Origin: Octopus vulgaris
Taxonomy: Eukaryota
Length of the DNA: 64,000 nucleotides
Direction of reading: 5' to 3'
NCBI GenBank assembly: GCA_951406725.2
Contig: OX597820.1
Span: forward strand, 115,010,001 to 115,074,000
Made by a program: the position numbers and the translations under genes. Of the stretch, positions 40,259 through 53,599 are shown one piece after another; position 1 is the stretch's first letter; each line of letters starts with the position of its first letter. The notes beneath the pieces were generated by a model. The model made no database searches. It was not told where the DNA came from and saw only the letters and a program-made list of their open reading frames with translations.

Positions 40259-40656
40259 TCTATATATATAAACGGCAGTTTGTCTGTCTGTGTGTCTGTC
40301 AGGTTGTACCCTCACCCTGACCACAGCTTTCAACCGATTCTGATGAAACTTGACACACACATAGCCCAATGTCATAATTCAAAACTAACGCAGCGAAAAT
40401 TTTGAAAAGTTCCCCCAGTTCTGAAAATAATTGATAAATTTGACATGGGGTCGAGAATCTAAGCTTTTTATATGCAACACATTTTCTGTCGGGAGACAGC
40501 TAGGAACATCGTATGCATAGAAGTATTCGAGTGAAGAGAAGACATTGCAACCTACACATGCGCCTTCATTCCCTAGAGGGAAAGAACTAGATTGGGATTA
40601 GTCGTTGCCTACTAGGGGCTCTTACATACCCGGGCAACGCTGGGCTATGCTGCTAG
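40259..40656 (+). mobile_element. Non-autonomous Helitron
   Basis: 5' TC, subterminal hairpin CCCGGGCAACGCTGGG, 3' CTAG. Inserted between A and T. Confidence 0.8.
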
Positions 40657-41882
40657 TATATATATAAAATCATCATTGCTTTAAGGCACATTCTCCCATG
40701 CTTACACAGGTCAGATAATTTATTGAAAAATGGAAGTGAGGGACACTGGTGTATAATGGAGACGCTCTTTTACAACTATTGTGGTCAAGACAAGGAAACA
40801 CCAACTTACACATACACGCCCACACACATATACACTTTGACTTAGAGGTCACGTGATATATCCAGACTAATTTCATACTAAACTGACCATGGTGTCATGT
40901 ACGTCAAAATCGCAGTCTAGGCCCTTTTCGATATTGTAAGCAGTTAAAGTCCTATGCATGTTCTATTTGTTAGAAGTTGAAGACGTATAAGAATATTCAT
41001 GTGCATATAAGATAGTTTATTTTCATTCAGCCCTTCTGGGCGTATTTAGCACAAGGCCCGAGATGTTGTTGTTCTTTGGGCCTCTGATCAAGTAGACTTA
41101 TGCCCAAAGATTCTCCAGCTGTGATCATCAACCTCTCTCCTCCCACCCCGTTATTACATCCGTCTAGGGAGACGGTCTTCAACTCTGACCGACGGACTTT
41201 CGGTATAGCTATCACTTCCACTTGGAGAAGGAAAAGGGTGGTTGTTACCTTCTGTGAAAGAAGTTTTTCACCAAAGAAATTTGGTTCGTTTATATTTTTG
41301 TCCCACAATTCCGGGCCCTTTCTGATAAATTATTACATCCATCTTGCGAAACGAATATACATACAAAAAGTTACTCCTTTCTAGCTATTGAGTTATGCTT
41401 TTAAGACAATAAAGTGTACGATTTGAGGTAGATTTGGCCGTTATTTCTAGCAGATCAGGCTACCTTGTAAAAGCTTCCCTTATTGGTGAGCGGTGTGATG
41501 CGACGTCCATGTGATGCGTCGGGAACATTCGCGACGTAAGTGAATTAAAAGTGCTTCCCCCGGTAATGAAATTCAGTTATATACATTTTGTTTTTGTTTT
41601 TTGCTCGGGTCAAACACTTTAGTTTGACCAGAAAGAGAATATGTGCTCAAAAAAGCACCATTGTAACAAAAAAAAATTAAATTATCGATGATACACAGTG
41701 GTTGAGTTCTTACATGAAATATTAAAATTCAGCCGAACTTAACATAACACAAGACGATACTTGTTTTATTTTGTTCTTTATAATTACCGTCTAAACCTCT
41801 TATTGAGGTAATTACACAGAAACATTGTTAAATATGTGATATGCACGAGAATATATTACAATAGAAAATAGTTCTCTCTTAC

Positions 41883-41940
41883 CTAGCGTTACAAACACTG
41901 CCAGGCTATAAACACAAACAAACAAGCTGGGAGCAGCCAT
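41883..41940 (-). CDS. TXNDC15: TXNDC15-like, coding exon 1 (signal peptide MAAPSLFVCVYSLAVFVTL)
   Basis: ATG at 41940 in context AATATGG. Hydrophobic N-terminus. Donor CTAG|GTAAG. The phase-1 end joins exon 2 in frame (G+TT=Val). Confidence 0.8.
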
Positions 41941-42060
41941 ATTTGAATATACATCTGCCGAAGTTCGCCAGAAAACGGTCTGTGATTGGTCGTTGTACAG
42001 CGAATAGACTTGCACTGGACAAATGAAGAGATTGCTTATATCAACTACAATTCATTGAAA
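41941..42060 (-). promoter_or_regulatory. Putative proximal promoter/5'UTR of the TXNDC15-like gene
   Basis: CCAAT on the minus strand (GATTGGT near 41984). ACTACAATTC near 42044 partly resembles a ZNF143/Staf-associated motif. CpGs are locally retained. Confidence 0.45.
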
Positions 42061-42137
42061 AAGCAAAAAATAAAACCCGAGTCACTGTCTACGGTTATGT
42101 TAACCTTTTTTCTTATGGATGAAAGCATTAAAAGCTG

Positions 42138-42354
42138 GGCGATCTTTCGGTACAAGTACCAAAACTGCCAATTATAAACCCACGTGGGTTTATTTACATT
42201 TCTGAAGAAAAAAGAAACCCTTTTCCCCCACCTCTAACCCTAACCCTAACCCCACATATATAAAAAAAAAAAGAACTTTACGGAAACTTTACGACCTTCT
42301 TCAAATGTAAACAAACAGACTTGGCAGTTATGGTACTTGTACCAAAAGATCGCC
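42138..42354. mobile_element. Merlin-like MITE with internal (CCCTAA)n
   Basis: 34-bp TIRs (2 mismatches) beginning GGCGA. 8-bp TSD AAAAGCTG at 42130-42137 and 42355-42362. Confidence 0.8.
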
Positions 42355-42801
42355 AAAAGCTGATTATAAATAATTATGCGATGAGGAAAAAAAACAATTA
42401 ATGAATGACTAATATGATTGTTTCGGCGAGTACGAAAGACAACTCCATCATGTTTCACTCCTATTATAACCTCATCAGCTAAGCATAACCTTTACGTTAC
42501 TTATCGAAGTTCAGTGATAGGAAAATTACTGAGCAAATGTACAAGATTTTTAGTAAAATTGTTTTAGAAAAATTGCTTTGTTTGTATCCCATAGCCCATG
42601 GTTGTTCTGAGTTTCAATCATATCATTGACTTACAACTCGCAAGTTAAAAGATAAATTTATTTTACCTCTCTAAAATAAATAAATATTTTATTTGATCAT
42701 TTGCAATATCTGATTAAAAAAATGTAAATGCACTGAAATACAAAAAGTTGTACACAGAACACATAAAGTGTTTTCTTTTTATGTGTTTGAACATGATTTA
42801 T

Positions 42802-45090
42802 TGTTATGTAGGAGCCTTGCTTGGCCTACCTGAGATTCGAAACCAAATCCACTCGCTTGTTGCTTGTCAAGATAGTTTAAAATCCCTTTGTCTTTGCATC
42901 CCTACACTCGATGATTAACAGGAAACACTTGACCTAAGACCTTTTGCTAGTCAATGAAGGGTCAGGCCTTTGTTTAGGATTTGACCTACATCCTAACCAT
43001 AGTCTATATAACACTACATTAATAGGAAAGGTGTCCATACAGTACATTTAACAGGGGTTCAATCCAGACTTCTTTCCTGACCTGTACAAAGGCATGCTCT
43101 TTCTCTTCTGTGAGTTGTGGCAATACGGTACATGGATGTCTCCACTCGTACTCGAATATTGCCCTGTGTGGCACTGACTCCTCAGCCTGTCCTGACCTGA
43201 ACATTATATACCAAAAAAACGGCCTTGACCGGCGAGATGTGGCGCCTCTCTGCTATAGTCTTGATGGTGCAATGATGCCTCTCCACAACCCCATTGCCAC
43301 TTGGCCGGTATGCTGCCCTGAAGAAATGGCTAACATGCCACTTGTTGAGCATTTCCGCCAGCACCTCTGAGCAAAATGCAATGCTATTGTCTACAAGCAG
43401 CTCATCCACGGGGCCTCGTTCTAGGAATATCTCATTTAGTATTCTTGTGATTTCCCTCCATATAGCCAACCGCCCCGCTCCACAGTCGACCATCAAGAGG
43501 GATGTCCCCTGCCGTGTCAATCATTTCCAGTTGATTCCACTGGAATGCCTCCTGCCTCATGGACACCTGGAGTGGAGTCAATGGACTGGCACCAGTCGCA
43601 GCTCCCAACAACTCTTTGCACACTCTGCCTGGTAACATCAGAGTCAACTTTCCTGGCTAGGAACAGGATCCTGTCCACCCTCATGTGATGCATTGTATGC
43701 AATATCCTCAGCTGCAGCCACTCCTTGCTCCAGATCCTCTGGCACCTGCAGCCAGGCTTTCTTTACTCTGGTCAGGACGTCCGCTCTATTCCTCTCAGAG
43801 GGCACATAAACCACACTCAGCCTCAGGTCAAACTCAGCAGCTAGCTCACCCAGAATTCCCAAATGGCATTTTCTCAGCATCTCTGCACCTCCTTTGGTTT
43901 GCACCCTCCACTTGCTGGTGACCACTGATCCCACCCATCAAAGTACAGTGGCCGAATCATTCTGGATCTCGATGGTATGCAACCCCCACCTCAGGGTCAG
44001 ATTCAGCCCCTTTCAGCATGGCATCCAACTCCACCATGTTGATGTGATTGCAGTAGTCCTTCTTCCTGAGCCAGGCCGCATCCTTCACTATGACACTTCC
44101 AATTTCCAGGACAACTCCCATTGCTATGCTACTGGCATCACACCACACGATCTCCTTCTTCAATTTGGACACAGACCAGTTCCTTCTTACTGGGTCCTCC
44201 GCAATCACTCTCTCCAAGACTTCTTGCATCATGGCAGTTGTCTTCTCGCCCACATTGTCACTCCATCTCACTCCTTCAGCTTGCCTCTTGATGAAGCTGC
44301 ATACTGTCTGAAGCCATCCTGCAATCGGGTAGTGTCCCAGCAGCTTCCCACACACAGAAAACAGTTCTCACCTACCTGTCTTGGAGCCCAGTCCTGGGAT
44401 CTCATTCCCTCTCTGAAACACCAATGCACCAGCCTTGTCTCTCCGTAGCTTGAATTCCAGTGCAGCTCCTCCTTCCATTGCCTCTGGTGCTTTGGCAGTT
44501 AACCCCAAACTCTTCAGGTGGCTCATGACCTCCTTTGCCGACAGGATGCTCTCGTCCACCAGGATGTCATCAATATAGGAATTAGTGGCTCTTTTCACTT
44601 TATCTGCCTTTCACAGGATGGTTTTGAGAATCATCGCCATAATCTTCGGTGCTGAATTTAACCTGAATCCCAACCTGGTTAGGCAGTATGTCCAATCCTT
44701 ATACCTTACTAGCTGATATCTCCACAGTCTCTTGGCCCCATGCAGCTGAAGGTATGCCAACTTTAAATCGATGATTGTGGAGGCCCCTGTCATCTGCCTC
44801 CACTCTATCAAGGTTTCACTGCAAATATCTGTAGCTTTGCTGCCCGTATGGCACAATACATGGTCGTTTGGCTCTCAGAAATCTAATACTGGCCTGACTT
44901 TATGCTTTGTCAGCTGCACCACTGCCATTAGTGGTAGCTCTCCACTCTCCACTTCCTCCTTTCATGGGATCAGAATACCTTCCTTGATCCCTTGTTCCAC
45001 CTCACTTCTGGCATCCTCTTTCAGGGTATGCTGATGGCAGCCTACTGCGTTTTTCAATGTCGGAGGATTTCCCTTCCAGTACCATCCCAT
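42802..45090 (-). mobile_element. Degenerate Ty3/Gypsy-like LTR retrotransposon (RT-RNase H-integrase) with candidate LTR 42802-43013
   Basis: DLKLAYLQL, YIDDILV, WCDASS, NRADVLTR, HHCC-like and GNGVVERHH motifs in RT-RH-IN order. TGTTAT...ATAACA LTR termini. Confidence 0.85.
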
Positions 45091-47120
45091 ATGAATTACA
45101 TTTTGTCTTCTTGCTGACAGAGATGGCTGGGGGAAATAGAATATATCCCTAATATTTTTTGTTGGAGCCCTGGAATTTGTTAGTTTAAGAACTACTGAGA
45201 CTATGTAATCTTTCTCAATATTTTTTATAAAACTGAGGAAGTCCAGGAACTGCTACTAAATTTTGATCACTAGTTCACTTTTCACATTTTTCACAGTATT
45301 GTTAGTAAAGTGAAGTAAATCTAGATTTATGGAAATATGAAATATAAATTTATTAGGTAAATTTTTTTATTTATAAGAAGTCTTGATAGGGAAAAAATGA
45401 GGAACAAAAGGCACCTTTATCTCTCGATTGTCTTTTGTTCTAAATTTATAACATGTTATCTGTACCAGCTCAAGAAGCTCATCAAAGACCCCTGCTATTT
45501 TGGTAAATAGCAATGGAAAGAGAGCAGGAAAATATCAGTAAAACAAAAAACTCCCATAAACCACCTTCACACCAATTTCTACAAATACACTTCTTTCATA
45601 CACACATTTTTGATTCTATTCTGTAAACCCTTATGTAGAGAATAGAACTTATAAAATTTGAAAATCTTCTTGTAATAACAGATGTTGACAATAAGATAAA
45701 TTTATGTGACAATAAAGAATATGTTGTTACTAAATTATTTCACATGTAATTTACTCAAAGCTTTACTCAGACCCTGCCCTTAGATATAATTAGAAAACAA
45801 ACCTAAAGTCAGGTTAAGTAGCAAGCACCTGATTGTAAAATCCAAGCTCATTAACTAAATTTTTCTATCAATCAATATCAGACAGTGAGCCCGCAATTAC
45901 TCTTCACAAAAGTCAGCTAAAAATAGAGTCAGATCAAGAAACCTTTCATCGTCATTAGCTATAAGAGCTTCTCAAAACTTTCCCCATAAACTTCAACATC
46001 AATATCATACAAAGAATCATGAAATCACATACAAATGATACATATCAATTATAGAAAGCTTAGCATTTCTGGCAGTCTTTTGCAGTTTAGTTGCTATTTG
46101 ATGTTACTTATAAAATGCTGCTGATTTATTTAACTTGCATTAATTTTAGTATTTGTCTCTCGGCATTTGTTATTTCTGGAATGCTGCAACAAGAGATATC
46201 CTGTGTATGATTCTGCCTTAACCTGCCATCTTTAAGGAACCGACCCTTTCAATTATTAATAGGAAATACTATAACTGTTTCTAATATGTACTCAAGGTTT
46301 GAGATTTTAGGGGAGAGTGGGTTAGTTGGTTACAGTGATCCCAACATTAAACTGTTCTTGGTTATTGGTCCCAGGAGGATAAAACGCAAAGTTGATTGCA
46401 GCAGAATTTTAACCCAGAATATACAGAGCTGAAAGAAATGCCATTAGTCACTTTGTTTGATGTTCTAATGATTTTTTTGCTAATTCACTCCAATCCACTT
46501 CCCTTACTAATCCAAGTAACTGCTGTAATGACATTACTTCTGTGTTGTAGAGCTCTTTGATCTAACAAATAGGAAAAAACAAAGATATATCTTAGATTAT
46601 GATAAGCAAACTGAGATGGGCCACTATCAGCACAATAAAAGCTATGGGATGGATTTTGATAAATGAATAAGCCTTTGTGTAGTTATTTCAGCTGAGAGGA
46701 ATAAAAACCAAATCTCACCCTACCACCTAGATCCATAATGTAGCCCTACTTATAATATATTTAGGAAAAAATGAGGGGATGGTTGAAATGTCTTTCATCC
46801 TAGATCTATACAACTAGGATATATGTGGGGTTAAACAACAACTAATGATTTTCAAGCATTTAGAAAAACAAAACCTCAATACTTTACGTGGTCAAATATC
46901 AAAGATTTTCCATTGAGAATGCTTCTCAGTGTTCTTAGTCTTTGGCATCCCAAGGAGAGAAGAGAGCTCAACACTTTAGAAGAAACAACAACATAAGGAG
47001 TTACAATACCTTAGGACTACTGTCAGTCACAATGACCTTCTTGAGCAATCCCACAATTTTCTAAGGAATGATATCATTTGGAAAGCACTAGCATAGTCTA
47101 ATTTTAAAATGTTAATTAAC

Positions 47121-47775
47121 CATCATTATCATCATTGTTTAACGTCCATTTTCCAAGCTGGCATGGGTTGGACGGTTTGACTGAGGTCTGGAGAGCCAGC
47201 AGCTGCACCAGGCTCCAATCTGATCTGGCAATATTTCTACAGCTGGATGCCCTTCCTAACACCAACCACTCTGAGAGTGTAGTGGATGCTTTTTGCATGC
47301 CACTGGCATGGGAGCCAGTCAGGTTCGGATGGTGCTTTTTACATGCCACCTGCACAAGAGCCAGTCAGGGGATACTGGTATCAGTCAAGATCAGTTGGTG
47401 CTTTTTACATGCCACCTGCACAAGAGCCAGTCAGGGGATACTGGCATCAGTCAAGATCAGTTGGTGCTTTTTACATGCCACTTGGCACAGGAGTCAGTCA
47501 GGTGGACCTGGCATCGGCCATGTTTGGATGGTGCTTTTTATGTGCCATCAGCATGGGAGCCAGCCAGGGGCCACTGTCCACAGCTATGATATTGGTTTTA
47601 CTTGACTCAACAGGTCTTCTCAAGCATATCATATTGCCTGACGCATCAGGGGTATTCTTATGCATAGGTAGGGCGATTGACAGGAGCCAGCCTGGTAGAA
47701 AAACTACCCTAGGCTTCTGTGTCTGTTTTGGCAGGGATTTTATGGCTGGATGCCCCTCCTAACACCAACCACTCC
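47121..47775 (-). mobile_element. RTE LINE 3' fragment with 66-bp tandem units
   Basis: Units at 47341 and 47407. (GAT)n tail. Confidence 0.8.
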
Positions 47776-47777
47776 GC

Positions 47778-48602
47778 AGTGCAGTGAATAAATTGTCGTC
47801 TAAATCATACAAAAATGAAAATAACACTAAGGCCATTTTAAGAGATATATTTACTGAAATTATATAAAAATATCTTGAAATATTAAAGAGTTAACTTATT
47901 CAATACAATCACCATTGGCTTCAATCACAGCCTCCAGACAACTTTGGAATCTTCAGCAACTTTTCTGGATGGTCTCCTTGTTTAAGTTGGTGTATACTGC
48001 CATAATCCTTGCCTTCAGTTCATCTTTGGTGTGACAAGGAGTTTTGTTGGTCTCTCACTCAACTGCACCCCACACATAATCAAGAGGGTTGCAGTCTGGG
48101 GAGTTAGGTGACCAGATGTTAGTGGTGATGTGGCTGCAGAAATTATTTGACAGCCATCACTGAGCTCTCCTGCTTGTGTGGATTGGTGCAGAGTCCTGTT
48201 GAAAGACATAGCATCTTCCAACATCCACCCTTTTGACCTAGGGCAGCACTACTTCTTCCAGGCACTTGATGTAGGTCTCCTTGTTGAGTCTGACGTTTCA
48301 TGGGAAGATGAATGGAGGCATAATGTCACCATTGCTAGTGATCACTCTGGATGTTTGATTTTTATCACTCTCGGTACATGTCCTCAGATTGACACCCAAA
48401 CACTTTCAAAAGTTTGAATTGGAGCTTCTGGAGCAAATGCCGTTTCCAAATTTCTGGCAGAGTGGATTGCATCATGGTGCTGCTTTTCTCACAGACAGTG
48501 CCCAACTGACTCTACTATACTGTGTAATCAACAAGATCAAAAACAATGTACATGCGTGAAATAAAAAATATAAAATGGCAATAATTTACCCATCGCACCC
48601 TG
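47778..48602 (-). mobile_element. Internally deleted Tc1/mariner-like element
   Basis: PNSPDCNPLDYVWG motif. CAGGGTGCGATGGGTAAATT terminus next to TA. Relative at 52860-53370. Confidence 0.75.
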
Positions 48603-48629
48603 TATATATATATATATATATATATATAT

Positions 48630-48905
48630 CAAAATTTGGGTAAATTATACTAATGTGTCCTTCTAATTTAATTAAATTCTATGTCTTTGTGCAGCTGAAG
48701 ATTGGTCTACGTTTTAAATTGATGTAATGAAATGGATTGCATTATTCTATTAAATGGAGTTGCATGAAACGATCATACTGCATTACCTCTGGATATCCTT
48801 GCTGCTTATTTTGATTTTAATCACCTTATTTTGAAATTGTATGGATAATACCATACTAAATTCTGGTGCCTCAACTTAAGTACCATATTCATCTGAATCT
48901 AAATT
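48630..48905 (+). mobile_element. Penelope-like terminus with a type I hammerhead-like motif
   Basis: TGCAG-CTGAAGA...GAAACGATCATA-CTGCA. Related inverted/direct pieces at 60881-61010. Confidence 0.6.
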
Positions 48906-48927
48906 TTATATATATACATATATATAT

Positions 48928-49699
48928 CAGGGGCGACTCCAGGTCATGAGCATCACTCAGGATCATCACAGATTTTGCATAAGACAAATGCCTCCTCCAA
49001 GAATTTTACATTTTTCTGAAAAACCTCTAAATCCAAATGGCTTATCTTTTTATATCTAACTCTGTTTTTCTCCATTTCTAAGTTAAGGGTTAAAATACCC
49101 TGCAAAACACAAATGATCTTTACACACAGAATAACAGTAACCAAATGATGACAGTGGAGTGCACAACAAACATCAGCGATCTGACTGTCCCCTGTACTCA
49201 TGACAAGAGATACCAATTAATCTTTTATAACAACCAGGCTCGTTTGTATTAGCCCGAGTTGCTAGATAATTTTTCATTCCTTTAAGAATATTGTAGAACA
49301 GAAACTTTTCATAGATTGGAATTTATATCCTAACCCCTATAGAAATTTATTGTTTCAAGGAAACATTGAATTTGAATTACTTTTAATCTTTACAATTATA
49401 GAGAACAACTCGGGCTGTAACTTCTGAGCCCAAGTCAGGTATGTGTGAAAGATATTGAGAGAATATCTGCTATGAATGATATTTTTTGACACAGGGTACC
49501 TCTAAGACAATCACCAGACACTGAATGAAAATGAATGAACTGCGACCAGGCTCAATAATAGGAGCCCGGGTTATTGGCTGCAATTACATACTTGAAGTCA
49601 GTGTTGGCAGAAATTAAATCAGCTTGCAAATACACATTCACTTTATTAAATTTATACGTGGGCTAAGCCTGAACAGCCCAAGTGTCGGAGTTGTCACTG
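48928..49699. mobile_element. hAT-like non-autonomous element in (TA)n
   Basis: Imperfect TIRs CAGGGGCGACTCC/GGAGTTGTCACTG. Internal GCCCG(A/G)GTT repeats. Confidence 0.45.
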
Positions 49700-49848
49700 A
49701 TATATATATTTCACTCACAATGATTTGCTCAGCCTGAGGCTATAGTAGACACTCGCTCTAGGTGCCATGCAGTGGGACTGAAATCAAAATCCATGTAGTT
49801 GGGGAATAAACTCCTTACCACACAGCCACATCTGCTCCTAATGGATGT

Positions 49849-50702
49849 GTAATGTCAGTGTGCATACTCGACAGAGTGTAAGTACCTTGAGAGAAAAGTT
49901 GGACCTAAGAAGCATCAGTTGTGGTGTGCAAGAGAGATGACTGCGCTGGTATGGTCATGTGGCAAGAATGGATGTGGGTAGCTGTGTGAAAAAGTGCCAC
50001 ACTCTAGTGGTTGAGGGAACCTGTGGAAGAAGTAGACCCAAGAAGACCTGGGATGAAGTGGTGAAGCATGACCTTCAAACACTGGGCCTCACCGAGGCAA
50101 TGACTAGTGACCGGGACCTTTAGAAATATGCTGTGCTTGAGACGACCCGGCAAGCCAAATGAGACCATAACCTTGTGGCCTATGCCAGGGGTGTAACCAG
50201 CCCACTTATGCGTACCTTTCCTTCATTGGACACTAAACTCTGCTTGCGAAGACCTGTTGAGGCAAGTGAAATCGAAATCAAAATCAAATTCGATGACTGG
50301 TATCCGTGTTAGTGGAGCACTAAGAGTACCATACGAGCGTGATCGTTGCCAGAGCAACAAGCTGGCCTCCATGCTGGTGGCACATAAAAAACACCACTCG
50401 ATTGAGATCATTACCTGCGTTGCCTTACTGGCACTTGTGCTGGTGGCACGTGAAAAACATTCAAGCGAGGTTGTTGCCAGTGCCACTGGACTGGCTCCTG
50501 TGCTAGTGCCATGTAAAAAAAGCACCATTCGAGTGCGGTTGATGCCAGTGCCGCCTGACTGGCTCCCATGCTGGTGGCATGTAAAAAAAGCACCATTCGA
50601 GTGCGGTTGATGCCAGTGCCGCCTGACTGGCTCCCGTGCTGGTGGCATGTAAAAAAAGCACCATTTAAGCGTGGCTGTTGCCAGTACCACCTGACTGGCC
50701 CT
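49849..50702 (+). mobile_element. RTE LINE fragment (ORF end and 3'UTR with 68-bp units)
   Basis: Reverse complement matches about 29900-30610. Confidence 0.85.
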
Positions 50703-50989
50703 GTTGCAAACTGTTGCACATATTGATTTCACATGTTTTTGTATTCTTTTATATGCTAGCCTAATAGTTAACCCTGTCACCTTACCACCCTGCTTGATCG
50801 CTAAATCCATAAGTTTTTTTATTCTCTATTTATTTTCTCTTATTCATTTCTGTTGAAGAGTGTAGGCTCAAGACATAAAAAAAAAAACTTTCTTGCTTTC
50901 CCGAGCATTAAACTAATACAACTGTTTATTGTTCATACATTTATCATCATCTATGTTTTTCTGTAAATTTCTACTATGTATGTATATAT

Positions 50990-51057
50990 ATATATATAGA
51001 GAGAGAGAGAGATGGATGGATGGATGGATTGATGGATAGAGGGAGGGAGGGATGGAC

Positions 51058-51090
<33 letters not shown>

Positions 51091-51205
51091 AACAGACAGA
51101 TAGATAGATGGATATGGATGGATGGATAGATAGATAGACAGACAGACAGATAGATAGATAGATAGACAGACATACAGATAGATAGATAGATAGATAGATA
51201 GATAC
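50990..51205. repeat. (GATA)/(GACA)/(GGAT) compound microsatellite
   Basis: Read directly. Confidence 0.95.
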
Positions 51206-51356
51206 ACATATATGTACAACTATATATATCAGTGTATGCCTGTGCTTCATAAAATAAACTATTAGGTCAAACTTTATTACATAAGAATCCTCAGGGAGGC
51301 CTCTACATAGTAGTTCAAACAGTTCCAAATAGCTACTAAATCTCCCTTAATACACA

Positions 51357-51719
51357 CTAACACTATGACCCGGCAACACCGGCTCATAGTGCTTAGTGCA
51401 TGCATATACAGCTGCATGCGTGCGCACATACCCGCGAGTACTGTCCAAATCTCTGACCAATCACATACAGCTAGCTGGCATTCAATTGGCGTTGCAAGTT
51501 TCAGGCATTTTGATAGGGTTTTGGATAGAAAATTCACAAAAAAGTCACTTCTATTGATCTTTTAATGGCTTTGCAGGGTGACTGGGGAAATGTAAAGATG
51601 TGCACGACCACCCTTGGACGGTTTTGAATGACCATAGAAAATGCGAGCCCTCTAACTGAAAAATTGTGCATTTGTATAAAGGACACACACACAGACATTT
51701 TGCTGTTTGTATATAGAGA
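51357..51719 (-). mobile_element. Non-autonomous Helitron-like element
   Basis: 5' TCTCTATATACAAAC resembles the 40259 element. 3' hairpin followed by TTAG. Confidence 0.6.
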
Positions 51720-52859
51720 GAATCTATCATCTTTAAAAAAGAAATTAATAATGTATTGGATAATGTTCTACTAGATATGATATGTCTGTAAAATTGTCAT
51801 GGCCATAAAGCTTTTGATCATGTCTGCTTGATAACAACTTGCCTTGGACCTAACAATAAATACAGTAAGATGCAGGCATGGCTGTGGGGTTAAGAAGCTT
51901 GTTTCCCAACCATGTGGTTTCAGGTTCAATCCCCTTGTGCAGTGCCTTGGGCAAGGGTCTTCTACTATAGCCCAAGCTTAGCCATAGTCTTGTGAGTGGC
52001 TTTGGTAGATGGAAACTGAAAGAAGCTTATCATATATTTTTATGTTTGTGTGTGTTTGAGACTGTTTGTGTGCATTTCTGTCTTGACGTAACATGATTGT
52101 TGTAAACAATCATCACTGTCATACAGGTGGTGTTGTTCGTTTCTAGTCTTCTGTGAAAAATGTCTGGCCAGGTAAGGATTGATGACAAGAAGGGTAGCTG
52201 GTTATAGATAATCTGCCTCAGCAAATTACATCAGACCTATGCAAACATGGGAAGGAAGGCATTAAAATGATGGTGGTGGTGGCAGTGTTGGTGGTGGCAG
52301 TGTTGGTGGTGGTGGTGGTGGTGGTGGTGGTGGTGGTGGTCTTGGTGATATTGGTGGTGATGAATTCACACAGCTGTCATATGCAAACTGTTGCACAAAT
52401 TGATTTCCTATATTTTTGTATTTTTTTATCTGCTAGCCAAATAGCTTGCCACCCTGGTACCCTACCCCCCTGCTTCACCTTCACCTTGTATGGTGCCACT
52501 GGAACGAGCACTATCACAGGTCACATGACATTTGGAGATGCCTGCATGTCTGCAGTAGCAGGTAATCTTTCAGTGACAAACATCACTCATTGAAGGAGTA
52601 AAAAGTTAGACAGATGTCTTCAGTTACCATCAATACTTCTGACACTGCCACTAGCACCACCACCACCACCACCACCACCACTAAAACCATTATTACTGCC
52701 ACCATCGCCAAAACAACAATAACATTGACCACGACAACAATGTTGATGATGATGACCACCAATGCAACAACAACCATTACCACCACCACCGCCGCCGCCG
52801 CCTCCGCCTCCACCACCACCGCCGCCACCTCCACCACCGCATCCACCACCACCACCACC

Positions 52860-53370
52860 ACCACTGATGATGATGTTATGCTTCCATTCATTTTTTCACA
52901 TGACCTCGGACTCAACATGGAGGCCTACATCAAGTACCTGGAGGAGGTAGTGCTGCCCTGGATCAAGAGGGCGACTGCTGGAAAACCCTATATCTGGCAA
53001 CAGGACTCTGCACCATGCCACACAATCAGGAGAACCCAGTCATGGCTGTCAGACAGTTAACTCCCCAGACAGCTAACTCTCAGGTGTGCAGTTGAGTGAG
53101 AGACCAACAAAACTCCTTGTAATACCAAAGATGAACTGAAGGCAAGGATTATGGTAGCATTCACCAACTTAAACAAGGAGACCATCCAGAAGAGTCGCAG
53201 GAGATTCTGAAGTCACCTGGTGACTGTGACTCAAGCCAATGACAATTTTATTGAATAAATTTATTCTTTAATATTTCAAGATATTTTTATGTAATTTTGG
53301 TAAATATATCTGTTAAAATGAGATGTCAGTGTTATTTTCCTTTTCATGTAACTTAGATGACAGTTTATTC
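52860..53370 (+). mobile_element. Tc1/mariner-like transposase C-terminal fragment
   Basis: YIWQQDSAPCHT motif. Same family as the 47778 element. Confidence 0.75.
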
Positions 53371-53599
53371 AAGAGATAGGATTCTTGATTGTGAGAAAGA
53401 TAACTCCTTGCTCAGAAAAGATGATGAAATATGGAGTTCTGCCCTCATTTAATTACAACAGCACAATATTGCACTTATGTAAGTAACAGAGAGAGAGCAG
53501 TAATTGAGATTGAAGGGTTAAATGGTCGTAAGGGAACATTTGAAGAAGTTAGGCAAGGTACCCAATTGTCTATATAAATATTTTGCTTCCAGAACTTCA

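Noticed and set aside
40894-41338. Solo LTR
   Set aside because: TG...CA ends are possible, but there is no TSD and no second copy in the window.
42234-42252. Telomere or chromosome-fusion site
   Set aside because: Only about three units, enclosed within a TIR element that has a TSD.
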